NCBI RefSeq assembly: GCF_006345805.1
Contig: NC_042998.1
Location: 49,104,001-49,168,000 of the forward strand
DNA length: 64,000 nt
Reading direction: 5' to 3'
From: Octopus sinensis
Taxonomy: Eukaryota
The position numbers and the translations under genes were made by a program. Below the pieces are notes generated by a model that worked only from the letters and a program-made list of their open reading frames with translations, had not been told where the DNA came from and made no database searches. How positions within the stretch are numbered: the stretch's first letter is position 1; each line of letters opens with the position of its first letter. Positions 28,601 to 41,200 of the stretch are shown one piece after another.

Positions 28601-31600
28601 AGTCAGCTCCAGGTCAAACCATCCAACCCATGCCAGCATGGAAAGCAGATGTTAAATGACGAAGCCATAGAAACTATGCTAAAACAAATAGGGAGCCTGA
28701 ACAGCCCCTCAAGTTGGTCAGCTTCTGTTAAACCATCCAACCCATGCCAGCATAGACAATGGATGTTGAAAAAAAAAAAAAAAGAAGAGTAATAATTCTC
28801 TAAAATATCTGTCTAAAATTCAATTTACTGTATTCTATACGATCAGTAATTACATAAATTACAAACATAAATGATCTATTTTTTTTTACCTATGATATCA
28901 GTAATCTTATAACGTGCTTCTCCATCATCATCTATCAGTTCAGCTCGGACAGAATTGGCAGCACTAACTTTCTTGAAATCATCAGGTCGGAGATAAAGAT
29001 ATTTGAAACCCTAAAGACAGATGATAAATAAAATCAGAGAGTAGATGAATCAACAGATAAATTGTTTATGATGAAAGACAAGGAGAGTAAAGACAAATCA
29101 GTTTACAGAATAAAAAAAAAACTGATGGGGGAAAGCAACATCATGAAATAGGGAAGACACGAGGGGGTGCTGAAAAGTTCCTGGCTTTAAAGGTATTGCA
29201 AAAGGCCAGGTTGGAGGCCCAAGCTTCTCAATTTCGTTACAGAACTTACAAAAACTGAAGGACCACTGCAATAAGTGTGTGAATCTGAGAGGGGAATATG
29301 GTGAATAAAATCATCATTAACTGATTCTCCGATATTTTCTTTTACCCAAATCCAGGAATTTTTCCAGCACCTCCTTGTGTGTAACAAGGAAAAAAGTGTC
29401 CAATGAAAACACAAAAACAAAAATGTACTAACAGACTGAAATTAGATGCCATCAGGTGAAGCAAAAATGTTGTAAAAAGCAATAAGGAATATCAAAATAA
29501 CATTACATAGTATTAATGGGAAAGTATAAGTCTGTTTTTCTGGAAACCATTGTTCTTTTATAAGGCTACGGCAATACTTACTTTATTAGGATCGATTTGA
29601 TCAACCCAGGCCACACGGAACAAATGCTTAATCTCTTCTGCTAGACCAATTCTAGCACCACTGTTTGCTGCCAGGTAAATACGGGGTAATTTTAATTTGC
29701 GAGCCAGTTCAGATGCACCCTAAAACAGACAGATTAAAGCAGTAGTATTTTGATGAAGACAGAAGCAAAAATAACATAAAACAACGATTGAGGAGTATCA
29801 CTTTCTTGAGAATCTATTTTTAACATTCAAAATGGATGGAGTTTTTAGGATGAAAAAAAAATGAATAAATAAGTGAGGTAAAAATTACTTTTTGAGTATT
29901 TTTTCACTCAACTGAAACAGAAGTGACAGCAGATTTTATCTTGAGAGCACAAACCAATATCAATGAGATATTTTGTTTTTTAAGACAGTATAACTAGCTC
30001 CTCGACCACCCAGTGGTTCTTTAAATATTTTTATTCCTATAAAAATAGATTTCAAATTCTGACAAGCCAAATAAAGTGGCTTATATTATTTTTTTAAGCT
30101 ATTCATTTATGGATACTTATATATTAAACTAGCAGTATCGCCCGGCGTTGCTCGGGTTTGTAAGGGAAATAACTGTAAAGCAGTTTTAGAGAGTTATAGC
30201 CAAAAAATGGAAAAAAAATGATGGTAAATTTTTTTTTTTAGTTAAAAAGGTCGAGTTGCGTCCCCTAGACAGTCTGTGGGTTGTGTTTCTGATTCTCGAC
30301 CCCATGTCGAATTTATCGATTTTTTTCAGAACTGGGGGAACTTTTCAAAATTTTCGCTGCGTTAGTTTTGAATTATGACATTGGGCTATGTGTGTGTCAA
30401 GTTTCATCAGAATCGGTTGAAAGCCGTGGTCAGGGTGAGGGTACAACCTAACAGACACACAGAAACACACACAGACAAACTGCCATTTATATATAGAGAT
30501 GTAAATACAAATAATCAACATCTGAATAAATAAATAAAAAACATACTTTGAACAACAGATCTTCTTGAGGTCCGAAGGAACCTATTTTATGTGTGATATC
30601 ATTTGCAATGACAATAATATCTCGGCCATTTTGAAACTCAGGTGTTTTCAAAGTCATTTTCCAAGCAACCATACCAACCTAAGTAAATAAAATAAAAAAT
30701 GATAGTGAGAAAGATATACACAAACTATTTTCTTCTCAATTTTACATATATTTCTCTATACTAACAAGGGTAAAATAGCTTTGGAAATATGGATGAGCAC
30801 AAAATATTGAAGCAATTGTTTTTTACAGTTAATGTTCATCCTACAACTAACAGTGAAACAGGGGGGTACATAACAAACAAACTGTAACTTTCCATGTTCG
30901 CATGGATTAACATGAACACATACAAATACATATTTTGGTACCTATTTTTCCACACTAGTATACTTTGGGTTATTTAGAAATGAATACATTTGTTTCAGTT
31001 ATAAAAGTGAATTTAAGCACAAAAAAAATGTGTTCAATAAATTTCAATGAAATTTATTTTCATTTAATGAATCACAATACAAAAATTATTACAAAAATCA
31101 ATCAATCAATCAAATGTTATCTAGATAACTTACTTCATTTTGGCCATGTAATCGGTTCTGCATACAGATTTGTCCGTGGCTATCAAGTACAAGTTCAATG
31201 TAAATAAACATATCAGACATTAGAGTGAGATCTGCTTCACCAGCTTGCATAGAATATTCTTGCCAGAGTTTCATGAGAGCCTGCAAATAAGAAGTAATTT
31301 TCATAATGCAATAACAGGTATAATAGTCATGTAACAACAACAACAACAACAACAGCTGCCACTATCATTTTTACACTACCACGACCATTTTTACATCAGC
31401 ACCATGGGCAGGTCTCCTCTGCTAGAGCTGCAGACTGACCAAAACCTTGTGAGTGAATTTGAAAGAAGCATGTTTTGTGTGTGAATGTGTGTGTGTGTGT
31501 GTGTGCATGCACAGACATGTGCATAAGTGAGTGTGTGTGCATGTGTTTGTGTCCCACTTGCCATGATATCAACCACTAATTGCAAATGAATGTCACACAA

Positions 31601-34600
31601 ATAGTATAACTCATTAGCTATACTCCGTGAAAATATATACAGCCACTAAGGCAAATGTGTTCAAAGGGCCAGGATAAATATTACCTCACATGGAAACTGG
31701 TAAGGGTCGGACATAGGAAGGGTCTCTGTCCACAGAAAATCTACCTTATCTGACCCATGCAAACATGGGAAAGTAGACATTAAAGTGGTGGTGGTGGTGG
31801 TGTTGGCAGCAGCGGAAGTGGTGGTGGTTGTTGTTGTTATTATTATTATTTATGTGTGCATATATTGAGTGCAATTATCTTACACTGAATTTCAACCGTT
31901 AAATTTACAGTTAATTCAATAAACAGCAATTCAATTATCAAAACACGATATATCAATTGGGTTATTTATACCTGTCGGAACATCTCGGGGAAATCATAAA
32001 CATATGTTGTCCCACTAGACTGAGCTTGGAAGCGTTTCAGCTGTAAATGATCCTTTGTCATGTAAGGAGTGCTTGTCAAAAGGCCATGGTATGGTCCTTG
32101 TTTGGTGCCGTATCCTTGGAACATAACCTAAAATGAATACAATATATTTATGTTTATCAGTAAACATTATTCAAACACTCATTCTATTTTTTTTTTCATC
32201 TCAGCCATTTTAATAACTTAATTTTTCTACATAAACACAGTTTTAAATAATTCCCCAATTATCATGCTAGTGTGATACTTACTTAAGCCCTTGACTTTCC
32301 ACGGAGCCCTAAGCTTATCAACAAAGTTTCCCCAACATTCTCAGTCCTTGGTTGTCTTTTCTACTTTTCTCCAGTTGGATCTCTACTTCTCCAGTTCTGC
32401 CTCCAGCTATTTTTAGGGGCTCCTCTTTCCCTTCTCTCTTGTGATTTCTAAGTCAAGGCCTATTGTATAATGTAAGGTGTTGATTTTCTTAAGATGTGGC
32501 CCACCCATCCCCACTTATACATCAGGATCCATTATTCCACTGGCACCTGCCCTACTTTCTGCTGCAGCTTTTCATTTCTATCTTTTCCAGTCAACTAATT
32601 TGAAGAATATGTCTTGCACAGTTACTCATGAAGGTCCATTGTCTTCTGCGATGTCTTTTTAATCCTTCTCTATGTCTCTGATTATTGTTGTTAATCAGCT
32701 ATTGATGGGTACAATTAAGAAAGCAGCAGACAAAACTGTATTATAAGTTGTTTATTGTGACAACCTAATGTATCAAACTACTTTGCACATGGTTTCAGAA
32801 GTCCAAATTATATGATGTATTTCAAAAGAACAGTACTGAACTTATATATTATTCTGCTGTATATATTATGTTCAGCTTCTGACCAAAATCCATCAACCAT
32901 TTCAGTCTGTTTTTAATACTGCCAGCAGACAATGGTTATCATTACGAACAGCATGCAATGCTCATTTATTCGCATTGTTTTGAATCAAACATGCATTATC
33001 TTGTAACTCTGATATTGCATTGATGCGATTGTATATTTTTAGAATGACATTATAGGATAGATGTAAGAAGCCAGGTTCTGACACTTTGGACATAAAAGAG
33101 ATAGAATATTTGAGCTGGATATAGCCAGTGTGAATACTAAAAGATTAAACACATCACACAGCTTTCCACATTATTGTTATTATTATGACCGGTTCCAACC
33201 TGGGCCACAGCAACAAAGTCTACTTGCTACACTTCTCAGTCCACCATCATTGGCTTGATGTCCTGGATACATTCCAGGCCAGTGTCTGCAATCAAGTTGT
33301 CGATGTAAGTGTGACAATGTTTTCCCCTTCTCACGTCACTGTGAAGTGGGTTCCACAAGACTAATTTGGATGCTTCCAGTAAAACTGGTTAGTTAAGAAT
33401 AACTGTGCAGATGTTTTGCAACCTTAAGCAAAGAAACATTTCCCAAAGCCAGAAAACATACAAAGTGTACAGGCAAGTAATGCATTTCAGTAACATATTT
33501 TGTTTAGCTAATGCATAGTGAATTAACACAGATTAAATTAGTAATACCTACCAAACCTGTTTTTGCATCTGTAACCTCTCGGTAAAGAGATATATCTAAA
33601 TAATATCCACTCTCATTGGTCACATTTAGTCGAATCGGGAAGCTTGAACCATTGGAATGTAGTCTGGAATTCAAAAGAGAAAAATATTATAACATTTCTT
33701 TACGTTATGGTTTTCTAAAATTAAAGCTGTCTTTTTTTTTTTATGAGATAACAGTCTAAATCAGTGTTTCCCAACCCATGTTTCCCCCAGGCTCCACAAT
33801 AACTTTCCATAAAAATGGTGGTTGAAAAAAAAAAACAACTTTATTTTTAATATTTTATCACAACTATTTAATACAAAAGAATCTACCAGTAACTCTTTTT
33901 TTAAGTACAGAGTATAAAAAAAAGTACATTACTGACTAAAAAAAAAAAGATTTTCACAATTCCATGTCCCACTAAAAAAAGAGAAAAAAAATATTTGGGA
34001 TCTTGTGCCCCATCACAATTTTCCTAGACACCACCATGGGGCGCATGCCCCACGTTGAGAATCACTAGTCTGAATTTTAAAAGAGAAAAAGTATAAAACA
34101 AGTAACATGTGAAGAGTAACTTCAAATGCATAAGTAGCTTGATTGTGTTCACTGTATTTCAATACAGAATATGTATTATTCAGTAACTCTTATTCCTTGG
34201 TTTCAAGACTAAATCCCTTTATTAAGTTCTCTTTGACATAGATTTCTCATTATTTCATGGACTTATTTAAAGAACTCTTTAATTAAGAGCAGCTACAGCG
34301 CAATGTTAATATTTTTCATTCACAACAAGGCGGCAAGCTGGCAGAAACGTTAGCACGCCGGGTGAAATGCTTAGCAGTATTTCATCTGTTTTTACGTTCT
34401 GAATTCAAATTCTACTGAGGTCGACTTTGCCTTTCACTCTTTTGGGGTCAATAAATAAACATTATTTACATTTGACAGATATTTGTTCTTATCTTGTTTG
34501 TTGTTAACAGCGTTTCGGCTGATATATGCCCACGGGCATATGGTGTAGTGGTTAAGAGCGCGGACTACTAACCCCAAGATTCCAAGTTCAATTCCAGGCA

Positions 34601-35180
34601 GTGACTTGAATAATAATAATAATTATCATTATAATAACATCGAAAAAATACCTTAGGAATGAGAACCCAGGTTCGAAATTTCCCCAAGACACCTGATGAA
34701 GGCTGGAGGGAATATCAGCCCAAACGTTGTGTTAACAACAAAGATGAGGACAACTATCCGTCAAATGTAAATGATATATATAATTCCTTATCTCTTAAAT
34801 ATAGATCAATAAATTAAGTACCAGTTGCATACTGGGGTCAATCTAGTCGACTGGCATCCTTCCCAAAAATTTTGGGCTTTGTGCCAAGAGTAGAAAAGAA
34901 TATTTTTCATTCACTGATAAAAAAGAAAGTCTAAGGGAGATTTACTCACCGAATCATAAACTTCAGTTCTGAATGCATCACACGTAGTTTCCACAGTCTG
35001 CTACCATAACGCATTACAATATTCCGTACTGTATCTTCCAGCTACAATATATATATGTATCATCATTATAATCATTTAATGTCTATGTTCCCTGCTGGCT
35101 TGGGCTGCACTACTGGCACACACAGAAATATGCTCATGCACAGATATACACATATCTGTGTACATGCACACACACGTGCG

Positions 35181-35212
<32 letters not shown>

Positions 35213-38200
35213 TCATCGCCGTTTAACGTCCGCTTTCCATGCTAGCATGGGTTGGACGATTTGACTGAGGACTTGCGAACCAGATGGCTGCACCAGGCTC
35301 CAATCTTGATTTGGCAGAGTTTCTACAGCTGGATGCCCATCCTAACGCCAACCACTCTGAGAGTGTAGTGGGTGTTTTTATGTGCCACTGGCACGAGAGC
35401 CAGTCAGGTGGTACTGGCAACGGTCACGGAAAATCGTGTTATTTTATAATTTTTTTTTTTTTTTACACATATATATGTATATTTACATTGCCCCACAGTA
35501 CACACATTTTGGTAAATGATTAGATTATTAGAAAAGCTTTGAGTATTACCAATACGGCTTATAAACCCACAAGTAAAAACAGAGGCTGCTAGCTCCATGG
35601 TAATTATTGTAGTGACCAGACATGCACAATCATATACACTACCGTCAGAAATTAATTAGCACCCTTGATTTGCTCTTCACTCAAGGTATGTGCTGTCACC
35701 TAGTGGCCATATCTCGAACTATTGCTTTGTTGCGAGTTCACTGTTGTGCAGAACGATGACGTAACTTTGTTTGCAGAGCAGTTTGAGAGTCTACAGCCTT
35801 ATGATGTTGACATAGCAGTGCAACAACTTGGAGTGCGGATGCAGACAAATCTTCCTTTGTTTAATAGATATAGGTAGCGCCTCGCAAGGACCGAAATCAC
35901 ACCATACTAAGTTTTCTCATCGCGTAAGACGTTTTGAACAGCTCATAGGTTAATTGATTTAACCTATTTAATGTAGAAATTTGAGAAGTGCTAATTAATT
36001 TCTGACGCAAGTGTACACTGTATATATATCTAACTAAATATAACCAAAATAATCACTAAAGTTCTACTTATTCATACACTTTCGAACACTATATACTTAG
36101 AACAGTCCTAGATACAATATGTTTAGTGTGGAGAAAAAAAAAAACAGAAGGGGTAGTCACAGTTGGAATGCATTAGATCATAGATCTTACTTAGGGGTAA
36201 ATAACCATAAAAACAAGCAGACTTTTGTGCATACCCTGTTAATGATAGGATTCACATCTTTCAAAAGAGGAAACAAAAGTAAAAATCAAGGAGTCATTTA
36301 ACAATTTCTCACCTTGCCAGGTTCAGACAGAGTCAGTGTTGGTACAAAATTCAAAAAGATATGATTGCAGTCAGTTCTTTTAGACTGAAAGAGAAGTACA
36401 AGTTTGGACAATGAGAAATAAAGAGTGAGAGAAGGAGAAATAGGGAGAAAGAAAGAGAGAGAGAGAGAGAGCTGTTATATGATTTCACAGTTAAGCATCA
36501 GTTAATCGAAGTCTAAAGTGAAAATTTTAAAAACTTTTTAAAATTACAAGCTCTTTTCAACAAGTATAATTAATGCCAAGTGTATGAGTAATTTCTAGAA
36601 TTAATTAAATATTGTCTTAGAGTGATATATTTCAAAATTGAATCAAATACCAAACAATTCTTACAAATGGATGTGAGAAAGCAACTTCAAGAGCATCCAT
36701 AGCTTCGAGTAATGTTCGTTCCCCTTCATTTTGTAAATATTCAAAAGATGCTTCCTAGGAACAAAAATTTAAAACAAAAAAATCCAAAGTTTTATTTGAT
36801 GCTAAAAAATATATAAAAACAATATTTAGAAAATATTAAAAAAATATAAAAGGACAAGAAAATACAAGCAAGAATTGAAGTGTTATTGATATGTTATTGG
36901 TCCTAACTGCACCAAGGCTATGTTGTATAGATGACAGAATTGGTAGCATATCAGAAAAAAACAGCTTGTGGTATTTGGGTATTTCCTTTTACATTCTGAG
37001 TTCAAACCTCCCACCAAGTCCACTTTGTCTTCCATTACTTCCAAAGTTGATAAAAATAAGTGCCGGCATCAATGTAATAAACTACTCTCTAGAAATTGGC
37101 ACTTCCAATCAAATGAGTGGAAACAATAAAAGAAATACTGAAGATATCGTAGAGGGCAAGCGAAAACAGTGTTGCATATAAACAAGCATTTAGATCAGTC
37201 CAAATATATTTGAGACATATTTGACCTGTACAAAGGATGCATTCACAGTTAAATTAGCTGTGGAAAGCCTTTCTTGCTTTAGGCAATAGGTTGTTGAAAA
37301 ACACCAACAATCATTTCAAGCAGAACAGTGATTGCATTTCTAGCTCCTAAGCAATGATCTACAAGAGAAACAACCTTAAAATGACTCTGGAAGCATTTGT
37401 TTCTTTATAGTAAATCAGCATCAAAACCTGAGCTGGTCACACACAACATTGGCACAGGCTAAACAAAATATAACAGTGAGTGCATGAAAACAGTGCTGTG
37501 AATGAACAAACATATTTGAAATGATCTAAATGTTTGTTTAAACCAGTGGCTCTCAACTGGGTCCATATGACCCTTGGGGGTCCACGTATGGTTTTGCTGT
37601 TAAAATTTATGTTAAAATTGCTTACATATCTACAATGCACAAAATATTCTAACAATTTTTTATAAAATTCCTAAATATTTAATTATAAAAACATAATAGG
37701 ATTTTTCTAAACATCAACTGACTACAAGGGTTCACCTAAGTAAAATAGGAATCAAAAGGGTCCATAGGTAAAAAATGGTTGAGAACCAGAAAAAGTAAAA
37801 TGAGATATGCTTGGCAAAATATAGTTACGAATAGAAACAAATATAGAATTGTATACAGAAATAGTCTAAAAGTTACATATAAAAAATTAGCCTTTCTAAA
37901 ACAACAGCTACAGGCAGTTTATGATAAAAAAAAACTTAGCTAAAGACTTATTATCTGAAGTACATGATATGTTATTCATAATGAGTTAAATTCAAATTTA
38001 ATTACAGCTTCTGTAAATGGTATTGTTGAAGACTTTACAATGTTATGAAGAATAAAAACAAATGATTTTTTTTTTTTTTGCATATCCAATATTTCAATGT
38101 GAATTAATTATATCTAGTGAATGATTAAAAAATATATAAAACAAACCTTTGTGACCAAGTCTGAGTGACGAATAATAGAACGCACAAAGAATCTATAGTC

Positions 38201-41200
38201 AGTAACTTCTTGGCCTTTTGCAACCTGTAGAAAGTAATAAAAAGAGGATGTGGTATTTATCTAATAAAAGATAAAATGGAGGTTAAAAGTTAACTTGATA
38301 GAACAAAGGACTGCAACTAATACAAAAAGAAAATTTTAAATATAACACTGTCATTTTAAGAACAACTTAATTAAACTATTGCCTAACTCTGCAAAATCAT
38401 TTCTAATTCAATAGCAAATGATAATAACATTGGAGTACCAGTGACTGCAGATTCACTATACAGCACAACTGTATTGTCTGGACCAATATAAAAGACAGTT
38501 TGAATTGCAAAGTTATGATTTCACAAATATGAGAATTGCTATCCTAAAAAAAGGTTACACATTAGTTGCAATTGGTAGTTCAGGAGTTCTTTAGTAGATT
38601 TAAAAGTATTATGGTTCTGGTCAGTAAAGTAATGTAAAAGATGAAGCTATGTTGCTGTAAAAGTAAAACTGAGAACAAAATAAATTTTGATACAAGGTAA
38701 ACTTGACCTACATAGGTCAGTGACATCTAGGATGGAAATATGATGCAAAGGTATAATTTACTAAACTCACCTTAGCTTTTCCCAAGTAGAGATGCATCTT
38801 ATGGTTGGCAGTGGGAATAGCTTCAAGATCAAAGTTTCTCAATCGATTGATCTCCAATTGGAATGCCAGGGCAGGTTCAAGATGGCGGTAAATTTTATCC
38901 TCTTCAAACTAAAGCAAGACACAAAGCAATAAATGCATTACTATTAGGACAAAATTTATTATTATAGTTACTAGTAACAAATATAAAGAAGTTCAAATCA
39001 AATTTAACAATATAAGTCAAAGTAATAAGGATATTATTTTAATTATATATTTTGTATATTCTTATTTGAATGGTCAGTTTAAAAAAACATGGACATTTAA
39101 ACAGTTCACTTGTCAAAAAACTAATAGTAAAATTTACATATATATAGGAGTAGGAGTAGCTGTGTGGTAAGTAGCTTGCTTACCAACCACATGGTTCCGG
39201 GTTCATTCCCACTGCATGGCACTTTGGGCAAGTGTCTTCTACCATAGCCTCGGGCCAACTAAAGCCTTGTGAGTGGATTTGGTAGACGGAAACTGAAAGA
39301 AGACCGTTGTATAATATGTATGTGTCGGTGGCACATAAAAACACCATCCGAGCGTGGCCGTCTGCCAGCCTCGTCTGGCACCTGTGTCGGTGGCACATAA
39401 AAAACACCATCCGAGCGTGGCCGTTTGCCAGCCTCGTCTGGCACCTGTGTCGGTGGCACATAAAATCACCCACTACACTCTCGGAGTGGTTGGCGTTAGG
39501 AAGGGCATCCAGCTGTAGAAACACTGCCAGATCTGACTGGACTGGTGCAGCTTTCGGGCTCCCCAGACCCCAGTTGAACCGTCCAACCCATGCTAGCATG
39601 GAAAGCGGACGTTAAATGATGATGATGATGATGATGATGTGTGTACATGTTTGTCCCCCCAACATTGCTTGACAACCGATGGTGGTCTGTTTACGTCACC
39701 GTAACTTAGCAGTTCGGCAAAAGTGACTGATAGAATAAGTACTAGGATTACAAAGAATAAGTCCTGGGGTCGATTTGCTCGACTAAAGGCGGTGTCTCAG
39801 CATGGCCACAGTCAAATGACTAAAACAAGTAAAAGAGTATGGCTGTGTAGTTAAATAGTTTGCTTTCCAGTCAGATGGATTTATCATGTTGCATGACTTC
39901 AGGTTGAGACAAGTTTTATGAATGAAACTGAGTAGACAGAAACAGTTCAAAAGTCCATCAGTTGGTCTTTAATCTGCTCTTGGTGTAGACTTAATCTGTT
40001 GTCCTGTTTAACACCATCACCTGTCTCTTGAGTGCTTTTGATAAAATATAGCTTGTTGCAAGCATTCAGATCCAGTTTTCAATCTGAGGATAAGTTGGTG
40101 TCTGGATATGCTGTTTACTAATATAGCAACCTATGTATTGTGGTTGTTACCTCTCTTTCCCACCAACAGATTATTTGGAGGTCCTGCAAAAAAGGTCACA
40201 GGTGGTGCTACTACTCCTCTAAAATAATTTACTTCATTTTTGTTTTTTAGAACAGTGGATCTTGAAGCAGATAAAGCTATAAATAATCCATTCTACTGTA
40301 GGCACAAGGCCTGAAATTTTGGGGAAGGGAGCAAGTCAGTTACATCAATCTCAGTGCATAACTTCAGTGCATAATTTCATTGACCCCAAAAGGATGAAAG
40401 GCAAAGTTGACCTCAGTGGAATTTGAACTCAGAATGTAAGGACAAACGAAATTCCATTAAGCATTTTGTCCAGTGTGCTAACAATTCTGCTAGCTCACCT
40501 CCTTCATAAAGCTATAAATAATAGCATCTATATATCAAGTTTAAAAACCCTTTGGACAGAAAAGTTGAAGGCTGCCAGTGAGACTGAGACTTGAACCCAC
40601 ATTTCCTGTTGATATGACAGGCATTCTATCAAAGGACCACAGCAATCCTAATTTCTGAAGTCAACAAAATTTACAATAATACTGTGTTGTAATCATAAAC
40701 ACAAATGATAATTTCATTATGTAAATATTAAAAGAGAAAATAGAACAACTTACTCCAAAACGGGCACGGAAAGTGAAAAATTGAGGAAATTCCCGCTGAA
40801 ATTGTAAAACATAAATAAACTCATTATAAATCTCAACTATTTCTTCCTGGGTTTCCTATTTAGTTTATTCAAATATTTATGAAGAATTAGATATGGTTGA
40901 AAGTTATGTTCCACATAATGTGTTTATGTGTGTTTGTGTGTGTGTGCGTGTTCACATGCATGTGTATACACACATACATATATATATATATATACACACA
41001 CATGTATGTATATACATATATATGTATGTGTGTGAGTCCCTATGAAACTGATAAATGAAATTCAAATTTCCGATAAAAATTTGCAGTTTTATTTTGACTA
41101 AACAACCAGCATCTTCAGGGCAAAACCTTTGAATGCTGTTAGCCTGTCATTAGTGTCTCTGACTGTCACCCACTCCGACTCCATTTGTTGTTTTACTCTC

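Noticed and set aside
34528-34600. Functional tRNA gene with ACT anticodon
   Set aside because: No proper acceptor stem; embedded in a TSD-flanked repeat and present in several copies, so treated as a retroelement head.
39322-39466. CRISPR-like array
   Set aside because: Eukaryotic context; the repeats are contiguous with no unique spacers.
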